This document shows, piece after piece, positions 1 to 6,097 of a stretch of DNA of 7,179 nucleotides. This DNA comes from a virus. Under the pieces are notes generated by a model, which did no database searches, was not told the DNA's origin, and saw only the letters and a program-made list of their open reading frames with translations. Location of the stretch: the UHGV virus genome UHGV-0269045. One strand, given 5' to 3'. Position 1 is the first letter of the stretch, and each line of letters opens with the position of its first letter. Made by a program: the position numbers and the translations under genes.

Positions 1-3
1 AGC

Positions 4-168
4 ATGGCAAAGCCGATCATCACGCTCAATGGCCTAAAAATCGTCATTATGTTGGGAATGCTGGTCATTATTCTCTGCGGTATCCGTTTTGCCGCCGAGA
101 TCATCGTGCCGTTTATTCTCGCATTATTTATTGCTGTTATATATAACTTATTTCATATAACACATTGA
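4..168 (+). pseudogene. tqsA: Truncated 5' fragment of host AI-2 exporter gene tqsA (ydgG); homology ends near nt 141, then 8 unrelated codons and a TGA
   Basis: ATG at 4; translation [46 protein letters not shown] matches my recollection of the TqsA N-terminus for about 46 residues, then ...YNLFHITH stop (TGA 166-168). Sequence downstream is AT-rich and non-coding. Identification is from memory, not a search. Confidence 0.55.
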
Positions 169-347
169 TTTAATTAAATAATTTTCACCACAAAAAGTAC
201 CAAAAATCGCAAAATGACTACACCAGTGACTACACCGTTCGGTGCACTGTATGAAACAATGTGGAACAAATAGACACAAGAAATATACAGGCGGATCATC
301 TTTCCAGGGGGAAGCGCACCAATTCATGAGGGGCGTTAATGTCGATA

Positions 348-359
348 TGGGGATCCCCA
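348..359. repeat. Perfect 12-bp palindrome TGGGGATCCCCA, sharing the motif GATATGGGGATC with the hairpin at 635-662
   Basis: Read directly: tcgatatggggatccccacc; the 12-mer is its own reverse complement. Confidence 0.7.
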
Positions 360-515
360 CCTACCGGAATTTTTTTCCGGTTAAACGTTAATCAGGCTGG
401 TGGGCTTTACCTGTTCGGTAGGTGTTATGATTATCGTAATACCCGTTAAAGGGGCCGAATACATCACCGGATTTAGGGGATGTTCCCTGCCTCCTCAAAT
501 TGAGGATTGTGGAAG

Positions 516-583
516 AATCAATGGGTTAGTCTTACTTTCCCGACATACCCCAATGGGGGTTTTCGAAATAATCAATGGGTTAG
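516..583. repeat. Two identical 14-bp direct repeats AATCAATGGGTTAG (516-529 and 570-583) with a third CAATGGG core between them (552-558)
   Basis: Read directly; 54-bp periodicity; candidate arm-type recombinase binding sites. Confidence 0.6.
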
Positions 584-634
584 GCCATAGTGCAATTTTG
601 CACTCTGGAACAATTCCAACCAGTTACCGCCGTA

Positions 635-662
635 TCCCGATATGGGGATCACCATATCGGGA
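635..662. repeat. 11-bp inverted repeat TCCCGATATGG / CCATATCGGGA with a 6-nt spacer (GGATCA), 16 nt past the capsid-gene stop
   Basis: Read directly; no U-tract follows on either strand, so it is more likely a protein-binding palindrome than an intrinsic terminator. Confidence 0.6.
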
Positions 663-677
663 TTGATGCCGGAAAAA

Positions 678-1601
678 TCAGCTTTTCGCCAGAACGGTGA
701 CGGCCTTATCGAGTTTTTGCCATCCGCAATAGGTGATTGCCCTGAACGCTGTAGCGTCATTCTGGAAAAGGCTAACCGCCCCTGATTCGGTTTTTATTAC
801 CGCCTCATCAGTTGGGGTTATAACCGTGGCTTCAACGTTAATAATCAGCTTTTGAGCGTCTATCAGCATCATGCGATCAGCCTGTTCGCTCACAATTACC
901 GGTATTCTCAAAAGCTCTATCTGCCAGAACTCAGCATCAGTAAGCTGTAAGGCGTTTTCTACGGGCAAGATTAGCGACGACGTTGCAAGCGTGTTACCGT
1001 TCGCTATGTGCTTTTTGAAAAGCTCTATGAAGTTTTCGGCCTCATCAGCACCATTAAGCACGCCCTCAGGGGATACGCCAGCCACCTCCTGATCACTGGA
1101 AAGAAATTTTTCATCTATTTCTTTCACCGATTCCGATGTGATCAAGTCTCTGATCGCTGAATTGGTGCCGGGGGTGCTAAATTTGATTAGCTCGTTATTC
1201 AGCATCACAATAGCGCCAAGTTTGCACAGTTTTAGCGCGCTTTCGTTTACTTCTCCCTCTTTGACAGGGATTTCTTCGGCTTCTTTAAGCCATTTACTAC
1301 CCTTGCCTGATATTGACTGCAATTTTGCTCCAAACGGAAGATTTAGCGCGCTGCTGATTAGCTTGCCAGGTACAGACTGCGAAAAAATATACTCGCCAAG
1401 CTCTCTTACTATCGGCTCTGCCACCAGCGACGGCATGTTATCCGTGTTCATTCCTGCTACTACGGATTTTTCAAGAAATAACGATACTGCCGGATCATTT
1501 CTTTTCGTCATCTCTATAGCGTCAGCATGGCTAAATTTACACGATGCCAGCACGCTGGCGGCGCGAACTGCTGACACGCCTTTCATGTTTTTACAGATCA
1601 T
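678..1601 (-). CDS. HK97-fold major capsid protein homolog (Phage_capsid-like), short form (307 aa) without an obvious N-terminal scaffold/delta domain
   Basis: ATG at 1601 preceded by AGGAGGAGG about 8 nt upstream. The C-terminal region (ILPVENALQLTDAEFWQIELLRIPVIVSEQADRMMLIDAQKLIINVEATVITPTDEAVIKTESGAVSLFQNDATAFRAITYCGW) resembles the conserved HK97-family pattern (PADW..IELL ... GLPVVVT ... LVGDF ... RTIRAEER). Family call is by eye. Confidence 0.55.
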   Translation of the reverse strand: MICKNMKGVSAVRAASVLASCKFSHADAIEMTKRNDPAVSLFLEKSVVAGMNTDNMPSLVAEPIVRELGEYIFSQSVPGKLISSALNLPFGAKLQSISGKGSKWLKEAEEIPVKEGEVNESALKLCKLGAIVMLNNELIKFSTPGTNSAIRDLITSESVKEIDEKFLSSDQEVAGVSPEGVLNGADEAENFIELFKKHIANGNTLATSSLILPVENALQLTDAEFWQIELLRIPVIVSEQADRMMLIDAQKLIINVEATVITPTDEAVIKTESGAVSLFQNDATAFRAITYCGWQKLDKAVTVLAKS

Positions 1602-1752
1602 CTTCTTCCTCCTCCTGGAAGCACGGGTTTAGTGTTTCGTGAAAATATGGCATCAGAACAGCGGCGGCCTGTAACCGTATTTCGGTCGACTGCTGCTTGT
1701 CGTTCATGATTTCCGTGAGTACATCAATAGGGTCTGTGATGTATTCGCTCAT
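1591..1752 (-). CDS. Small hypothetical protein (53 aa, acidic C-terminus EEEEDDL), translationally coupled between terS and the capsid gene
   Basis: ATG at 1752 lies 11 nt after the terS stop with GAGGT upstream; its 3' end overlaps the capsid-gene start by 11 nt. Below the ORF-track length cutoff; found by manual translation. Confidence 0.45.
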   Translation of the reverse strand: MSEYITDPIDVLTEIMNDKQQSTEIRLQAAAVLMPYFHETLNPCFQEEEEDDL

Positions 1753-1763
1753 AGTTCGCTACC

Positions 1764-2252
1764 TCAGTGTTTTAAGTCTGTTGGTGGCTTAGGGATGGGG
1801 AACCGATTTGAGTAGACACTAGCGGCATTGAGTTTTTTAACCTCTTTTTTCCCAATGCTGCCGATCTTGCGGTGGGTGAACTGGGCCAGCTTAAACGCGG
1901 CATCTAAAGCCAGTTTTGGATCTGTGTCCATGTTGTCAATCAGTATCCTGCCCATTGCTTTGATGGGGTCGGGTAGGCCGTTATCCATCATCTCAATGGT
2001 GTTAATTGATGCCCGTTCCGGTGTAACTTTTTCGGTAACTTTCTTTGTAACTTTTTTCGGTTTTGTAACCTGAAAAGTTACATCAGAAGTTACAGCCTTA
2101 AGATACTTTTTCACCTCAGGATCATTGGATAGCTGCCAGCCTTTAACCCTTGCGGTCTTTTCGCTGTATCCCGCATGTATAGCGGCTTCCGTGGGATTTG
2201 CGCCCCTTGATAACGCATCAGCAAACCGCTTTTTTTTGGTCGTTAATGCCAT
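1764..2252 (-). CDS. terS: Terminase small subunit (Terminase_2 / PICI-type TerS), 162 aa, with internal KKVT repeats
   Basis: Start chosen at the internal ATG (2252) with GAGG 8 nt upstream. N-terminus MALTTKKKRFADALSRGANPTEAAIHAGYSEKTARVKGWQLSNDPEVKKYL matches the canonical Terminase_2 N-terminal HTH signature (..KQ.RF...Y...N.T.AA..AGYSEKTA...G..LL..P.V). The track ORF extends to 2387 but that extension has non-protein-like composition. Confidence 0.8.
   Translation of the reverse strand: MALTTKKKRFADALSRGANPTEAAIHAGYSEKTARVKGWQLSNDPEVKKYLKAVTSDVTFQVTKPKKVTKKVTEKVTPERASINTIEMMDNGLPDPIKAMGRILIDNMDTDPKLALDAAFKLAQFTHRKIGSIGKKEVKKLNAASVYSNRFPIPKPPTDLKH
2023..2093. repeat. Cluster of six GTAAC/GTTAC pentamers inside terS (four direct, two inverted), with two more GTAAC-TTTT copies just upstream of terS at 2276-2292
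   Basis: GTAAC at 2023, 2035, 2047, 2065; GTTAC at 2077, 2089; GTAAC at 2276, 2288. Eight copies in about 270 bp against an expectation of well under one. Confidence 0.6.
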
Positions 2253-2370
2253 GCAAAAACCTCGTTTTGAGGGGGTGTAACTTTTCGTGTAACTTTTTTG
2301 AAAAGCAAAATTTTCTACGAATGAGACGGGGGGCGGTGTCCAGGGCGATCGACTTTCCGGCCGGAACACT

Positions 2371-2380
2371 CCCCCCCCCC
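2371..2380. repeat. C10/G10 homopolymer tract between the 53-aa gene and terS
   Basis: Read directly (ten consecutive C on the plus strand); lies 4 nt after the stop of the upstream minus-strand gene and about 120 nt before the terS ATG. Confidence 0.9.
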
Positions 2381-2383
2381 ATG

Positions 2384-2545
2384 TCATTGCTCACCGAGTA
2401 ACGAGATCAGGCCTTCAAGTTCATCACTCAGCTTGTTTATTCGTGTCTCAAGCTCTGCGATCTTTTCCATCAATGGCGCTATGGTGTCTCTTGTTTCCTC
2501 GCCAATGGCCTTAATGATGCTTGCCTCGCGTTCTGTGATAGCCAT
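2384..2545 (-). CDS. Small hypothetical protein (53 aa), predicted helical / coiled-coil
   Basis: ATG at 2545 follows the upstream gene's TAA by 3 nt (GAGGCGTAAACAATG); translation MAITEREASIIKAIGEETRDTIAPLMEKIAELETRINKLSDELEGLISLLGEQ. Below the ORF-track cutoff; found manually. Confidence 0.5.
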   Translation of the reverse strand: MAITEREASIIKAIGEETRDTIAPLMEKIAELETRINKLSDELEGLISLLGEQ

Positions 2546-2548
2546 TGT

Positions 2549-2743
2549 TTACGCCTCACTTGTTGCAATGCCCAGGCGTTCGCGTAACAGTACGCGCGCA
2601 AGATGCCCTATTGTTGGTGTTGCCGCCCTGCCGTAGATACCTGATTCATTCATCCGGCGCACAATATCGAACTGCAACCTTTTAAGCTCGTTAAGGATTT
2701 CATGATCAATCATCACGGTAGCACTTTGCTTTATCTCTTCCAC
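2549..2743 (-). CDS. Small hypothetical protein (64 aa), first gene of the terS/capsid operon; possible small regulator
   Basis: GTG start at 2743 with a strong AGGAGG 7 nt upstream; protein-like composition; function not recognisable. Confidence 0.55.
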   Translation of the reverse strand: MEEIKQSATVMIDHEILNELKRLQFDIVRRMNESGIYGRAATPTIGHLARVLLRERLGIATSEA

Positions 2744-2831
2744 TTTGTTTCCTCCTGATACTTATCATCGCATAATCAGTATTTTCGATAGATTATCATT
2801 AATTAACCATTTTTGAAGATATGAGAGTTTG

Positions 2832-2855
2832 AAAAAAAGCCGGATTGCTCCGGCT
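2832..2855 (-). terminator. Rho-independent terminator on the minus strand
   Basis: Minus-strand RNA reads AGCCGGA-GCAA-UCCGGCU followed by U7 (plus strand shows A7 then gccgga ttgc tccggc); located 20 nt downstream of the 90-aa ORF stop. Confidence 0.7.
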
Positions 2856-2873
2856 ATGTGCTCACTCCTTCGG

Positions 2874-3146
2874 TTATTCTCCATTGCTTTTAACGTTGAT
2901 GGTTGTTACCTGTTCCGCTTCTGCAATCTCCCGCTCTGTCAGCGTGGCAAAGTTTGCCGCCGCCGTGGTCATGAATGCGCTTATTAGTTCGGGATGTGCT
3001 TTCGAGTATCCTTCTCCCGCTGTGATGTCTATCACCTTTATAGCCACCTTTAAGGCGTGCTCTGTCATCTCCAGCGCTTTATATCTTGGTGCTGTTCTGT
3101 CTTTGCGTTTTTTGAGTGATTTGTTAAATCTTCCTGATGTGTGCAT
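2874..3146 (-). CDS. Hypothetical protein (90 aa) with a basic N-terminus (KSLKKRKDRTAPRYK); apparently monocistronic between the ori repeats and a terminator
   Basis: ORF with protein-like composition, GAGGG about 11 nt upstream of the ATG, terminator immediately downstream; no recognisable family. Confidence 0.45.
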   Translation of the reverse strand: MHTSGRFNKSLKKRKDRTAPRYKALEMTEHALKVAIKVIDITAGEGYSKAHPELISAFMTTAAANFATLTEREIAEAEQVTTINVKSNGE

Positions 3147-3191
3147 TTTTATTTTTACCCTCGTGTTTAAAAAGTTTTAGGTTGTGGTGCA

Positions 3192-3420
3192 CCTCCTCTA
3201 CCTCTCTACCTAATCATCTTTCATGTCAGTAATGGCGCGGCTTTCAGATGGGTAGAGGGCTTTCGTGGCCCTCTACCCATCCTCTACCCGCCCCTCACAA
3301 ACGATCTTAATCATGGTAGAAGAGGTAGAGAGGTTTTATTAGCCTTCTACCTAGCCCTCTACCCACTTATCATGTTGAATAATATGCGTTTATTTCATCC
3401 AGGTAGATGGGGTAGAGGGC
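3192..3420. repeat. Iteron array (about 11 copies of CTCTACC / GGTAGAG in both orientations), putative replication origin bound by the adjacent primase/helicase
   Basis: Heptamer copies at about 3196, 3204, 3251, 3271, 3283, 3315, 3324, 3345, 3357, 3402, 3411; includes a perfect 11-bp inverted repeat GGGTAGAGGGC (3250-3260) / GCCCTCTACCC (3268-3278); begins 12 nt after the primase stop; no ORF. Confidence 0.7.
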
Positions 3421-3432
3421 TTTTACAAAAAA

Positions 3433-5181
3433 TTATAAAAACGCGTCACAATCATCAGTTGTAATTGCGTTGGTCTGCGTTACTCCCTTAACTCTCCGCG
3501 TAATATATTCATGCCCGTAAACTTTCGCCGCTGGCTTCATGGCCTTGCTGAACTCAGCCACGTTTAGCGGTTTGCTCCTGCCTGCGTATGCCATAAACGC
3601 CAGATAGACGCGGTAAAGGCTGTTCCTGGTCGTATACTTCACTGAATCACCACCGCCCCCCATCATCAGGCCGCGCGCTTCCTCCAGAAAATTCAGGAAC
3701 TGGCAAAACTCAATAACCGGATCCGTCTGTTGCTTTATCGCCAGTGCTTCATCACCGTCGCGCTGTTCCAGTAATAAAGCCCGTGCCTTTTCAGGGTCGG
3801 CAAAATTAGCCAGCAAGCGACGGATAATTACGGGGATTTCAGCCGCGACCTTCTCCGGCAAATCCTTGTCTTTTTCGTCCTCCCTTACAATGTTGTCGAA
3901 CCGGAAAATCACCCGACGGCGTGACACACCTCCGGCCCGCTCGGTGAATATCATCGGGTTATTGTTGGTAGCCAGCACCACCGCCCTGATTACCGCCGTA
4001 AAACGCTTCTCATATTTCGGGTTTATTTCCACGGGGTCGCCGCCCGTGATTTTCTTGATGCCCGTTCCTTCGCCTGTATATTTCGGCTGGTCAGCCAGGA
4101 CGATAAGACGACTCCCGACAACCTGCGCACGTCCACCAGCATCATCAAGTGAGGTCATTTCAGCGCTTACCGTGTTCTGTTTCCCTGCCAGAAGGCTGGC
4201 TATGTGCGTGAATGTACTTTTACCGCTACCGCCCTCTCCGGTGGCCTCAATAAACATCTGCCAGTCGTACCGGTTCGCCATAATCATGTACAGCGCGGCA
4301 CATATACGCATCATCTTTCGCGGGTCTTTTCCGGCTGCGTGCTCAAGCCATTTATGAAAGTTTGGCGCGTTGTCGCGAATGTTCTCCCCTGGTGCTGGTG
4401 GCGTGTACTCAATGCCGTTGTGCGTGGTGATCCAGTTCTCCGGCGTGTGCGGGGAAAATTCCCCCGCTTTCAGGTCAAGCACACCATTGGCGAACGGCAG
4501 CAAATCGCCTGACGGCTCCCCCATTGGTTCGGCAATAACTTTTAACGCTTCCACGGCGTTATTGATTACGCGCTTGCTGAAAGTGGCCCTGTGCTCTGAA
4601 TAGATCACCACCATTTCGCGGCTCAGCTCCATTGTGCTGACCGGACACCATACCCCGCCGCGCCATACGTGAACTATTTCACTTTCAGGATGTACGCAAA
4701 CGCCATCAAATCGACCAGCAAGCAGCTGGGCGCGCTCACTGTCTGCCATTTGTGCCAGTTGCGTATTTTTCTGCTCCGGCATGGTAAGCCCTGCGGCAAT
4801 ATTTTCACGCTCAGCATTCAGATAGCGCCGCCAGTTTTCACACTTCTGGGCGTGCATTCCTTCGGGGTAAAAATTTGTGTCCTGAATATCTGCTGCCGCC
4901 AGCTTCTGACCAATCTTTTTGGTCTCCACCAAGTCCAGTTCTCCTGCCTGGTACAGCCTTACGCGTTTTTTTCCATCAGGAACAATTTGCAGTGCATCAA
5001 GTTCGGCAAGCTGATTTGGCCCAAGCCACACAGGAGGCACATTATCGCCGGATGCGGGGCCGTCCTGCTCCTGCCACTGTTTTGCATGTGCCCACGCATC
5101 ACTACCCGCGAAAATAATCACCTCTGTGTCTTTGTGTTTTATTCCGCGTGGCTGTTTTTTTACGTTCGGTGCCAGTTTCAT
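3433..5181 (-). CDS. Replicative primase/helicase (P4 alpha-like / PICI Pri-Rep type): N-terminal primase-like region plus SF3-type P-loop NTPase
   Basis: 582 aa; Walker A GEGGSGKST around residue 320; N-terminal VIIFAGSDAW ... RVRLYQAGE resembles a toprim-like primase region; ATG overlaps the upstream gene's stop in an ATGA arrangement; iterons directly downstream. Confidence 0.85.
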   Translation of the reverse strand: MKLAPNVKKQPRGIKHKDTEVIIFAGSDAWAHAKQWQEQDGPASGDNVPPVWLGPNQLAELDALQIVPDGKKRVRLYQAGELDLVETKKIGQKLAAADIQDTNFYPEGMHAQKCENWRRYLNAERENIAAGLTMPEQKNTQLAQMADSERAQLLAGRFDGVCVHPESEIVHVWRGGVWCPVSTMELSREMVVIYSEHRATFSKRVINNAVEALKVIAEPMGEPSGDLLPFANGVLDLKAGEFSPHTPENWITTHNGIEYTPPAPGENIRDNAPNFHKWLEHAAGKDPRKMMRICAALYMIMANRYDWQMFIEATGEGGSGKSTFTHIASLLAGKQNTVSAEMTSLDDAGGRAQVVGSRLIVLADQPKYTGEGTGIKKITGGDPVEINPKYEKRFTAVIRAVVLATNNNPMIFTERAGGVSRRRVIFRFDNIVREDEKDKDLPEKVAAEIPVIIRRLLANFADPEKARALLLEQRDGDEALAIKQQTDPVIEFCQFLNFLEEARGLMMGGGGDSVKYTTRNSLYRVYLAFMAYAGRSKPLNVAEFSKAMKPAAKVYGHEYITRRVKGVTQTNAITTDDCDAFL

Positions 5182-5477
5182 TTTTTACCCCTGAATACGT
5201 TAAGCATCTTTTTTATTTCCTGAATATTGGCGCGTGCTTTCTCCCTGCTGGTTGGTTTACTGCGGGGCGCTGCCTGTACCAGAGAAAAATCACGATCGAA
5301 CTGATAAACAGGCATAACGCAGTCATATTCGTAGCCTTCACGGCGGTAAGTGATGCGCCGTTCCTCCACGCCTTTAATCGTTACCGTGCCGCCGTACTGG
5401 TCGCGGTAAATATCCCCGCGCATGAATTTAGTGCGAGTTTTGCCGCTGGCAGTTAAGCCAGGATATTTAAGTTTCAT
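5178..5477 (-). CDS. Hypothetical protein (99 aa), translationally coupled to the primase gene
   Basis: ATG at 5477 with GGAGA 9 nt upstream; stop overlaps the primase ATG (ATGA); protein-like composition. Confidence 0.6.
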   Translation of the reverse strand: MKLKYPGLTASGKTRTKFMRGDIYRDQYGGTVTIKGVEERRITYRREGYEYDCVMPVYQFDRDFSLVQAAPRSKPTSREKARANIQEIKKMLNVFRGKK

Positions 5478-5482
5478 TATTT

Positions 5483-5725
5483 TTATTCTCCGATAGCGTG
5501 ACCTGATAAGCCGTTAATCTTCTCTGATATGCTCTCTATTTTGCTGGTTGAACTATCCAGTAATTCAGAAACGGCTAATATTAATCTTGCAGTTGATTCA
5601 TCGCGTTCATTATTCACCAGCGACTGAAGCCACATATTCATTACTTCGTTTGCTGCGTTGTTTAAAGATATTGCGCTGTTGGCAAGGCTTCTTAATTCAC
5701 TGGTCGCCAGTTTATTATTTTTCAT
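5483..5725 (-). CDS. Hypothetical protein (about 80 aa; start ambiguous between 5725 and 5743)
   Basis: Track ORF 5483..5746; the ATG at 5725 (MKNNKLATSELRSL...) overlaps the upstream gene's end by 11 nt; stop lies 5 nt before the next gene's ATG. Confidence 0.5.
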   Translation of the reverse strand: MKNNKLATSELRSLANSAISLNNAANEVMNMWLQSLVNNERDESTARLILAVSELLDSSTSKIESISEKINGLSGHAIGE

Positions 5726-5906
5726 AGCATTCGGCTCTCTCATCAATTAACCACAGCGCAACACTTTCTGACAGTTTTGCCAGAAGGCCAGCTAATGCGG
5801 ATATATCACCATCATTTAATTTATTAGGGTATACCTCAAGAAGGCGGCAAATAATTTCTGTCTGGTGCGCACGTTCAGCGGCTTCGTGTAATGTAATTTC
5901 CTTCAT
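5715..5906 (-). CDS. Hypothetical protein (63 aa)
   Basis: ATG at 5906 overlaps the stop of the upstream ORF (TAATG); protein-like composition (MKEITLHEAAERAHQTEIICRLLEVYPNKL...). Confidence 0.55.
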   Translation of the reverse strand: MKEITLHEAAERAHQTEIICRLLEVYPNKLNDGDISALAGLLAKLSESVALWLIDERAECYEK

Positions 5907-6091
5907 TAATGCACCTCTTTTAATTCATACACTGCTGAAATAATGACTTGTGATAAGCCATATTCTGATGATTCGCTTCTCACCGCAGCAATAGCCGTCT
6001 GAACATTAACAGCCTTCACATTCTGAGCGATACCAATTGTGTGGCCTAGTGGGTTAACAGCGCTGGCAAATACACGGAAGGTTTTAAGCAC
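5906..6091 (-). CDS. Hypothetical protein (about 61 aa from a GTG start), first gene of the primase operon
   Basis: The 95-aa track ORF has an implausible N-terminal 34 residues; the GTG at 6091 is preceded by GGGGG 6 nt upstream and gives VLKTFRVFASAVNPLGHTIG...ELKEVH. Start-site assignment is inferential. Confidence 0.4.
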   Translation of the reverse strand: MLKTFRVFASAVNPLGHTIGIAQNVKAVNVQTAIAAVRSESSEYGLSQVIISAVYELKEVH

Positions 6092-6097
6092 GGCACA

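Larger units (their letters stand above)
146..677. other. Noncoding arm of the inserted element (putative attachment / recombination region) between the host-gene junction and the last element gene
   Basis: No ORF with protein-like composition (the 70-aa and 88-aa track ORFs here are Cys/His/Trp/Gly-rich); contains palindromes and direct repeats listed separately; lies immediately after the point where tqsA homology stops. Confidence 0.45.

Noticed and set aside
635-662. Intrinsic terminator after the capsid gene
   Set aside because: The 11-bp stem is real, but no U-tract follows on either strand; it is more likely a protein-binding palindrome related to the 348-359 palindrome.
148-666. 70-aa minus-strand and 88-aa plus-strand ORFs in the left arm
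   Set aside because: Composition (Cys/His/Trp/Gly/Pro-rich), no RBS, and overlap with palindromes and direct repeats point to noncoding arm sequence.
146-677. tRNA gene as the integration target
   Set aside because: No cloverleaf-compatible sequence or conserved tRNA boxes could be recognised by eye in the arm; the junction instead falls inside a protein-coding gene. Not excluded without a tRNA scan.
1764-2387. Long 207-aa version of TerS starting at 2387
   Set aside because: The extra 45 N-terminal residues (MTWGGGVFRPESRSPWTPPP...) derive from the G10 tract and GTAAC repeats and are not protein-like; the internal ATG at 2252 has a proper SD and gives the canonical TerS N-terminus. The open frame and ATGA overlap are recorded as a finding, not as the annotated start.
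3192-3420. Possible CRISPR array
   Set aside because: The repeats are only about 7 bp, occur in both orientations with irregular spacing and no uniform spacers; they fit iterons, not a CRISPR array.
3866-5223. Plus-strand ORFs of 80-184 aa inside the primase gene
   Set aside because: All are antisense to a well-supported 582-aa gene with a P-loop; their composition is Cys/Arg/Ser/Pro-rich and they lack RBSs.
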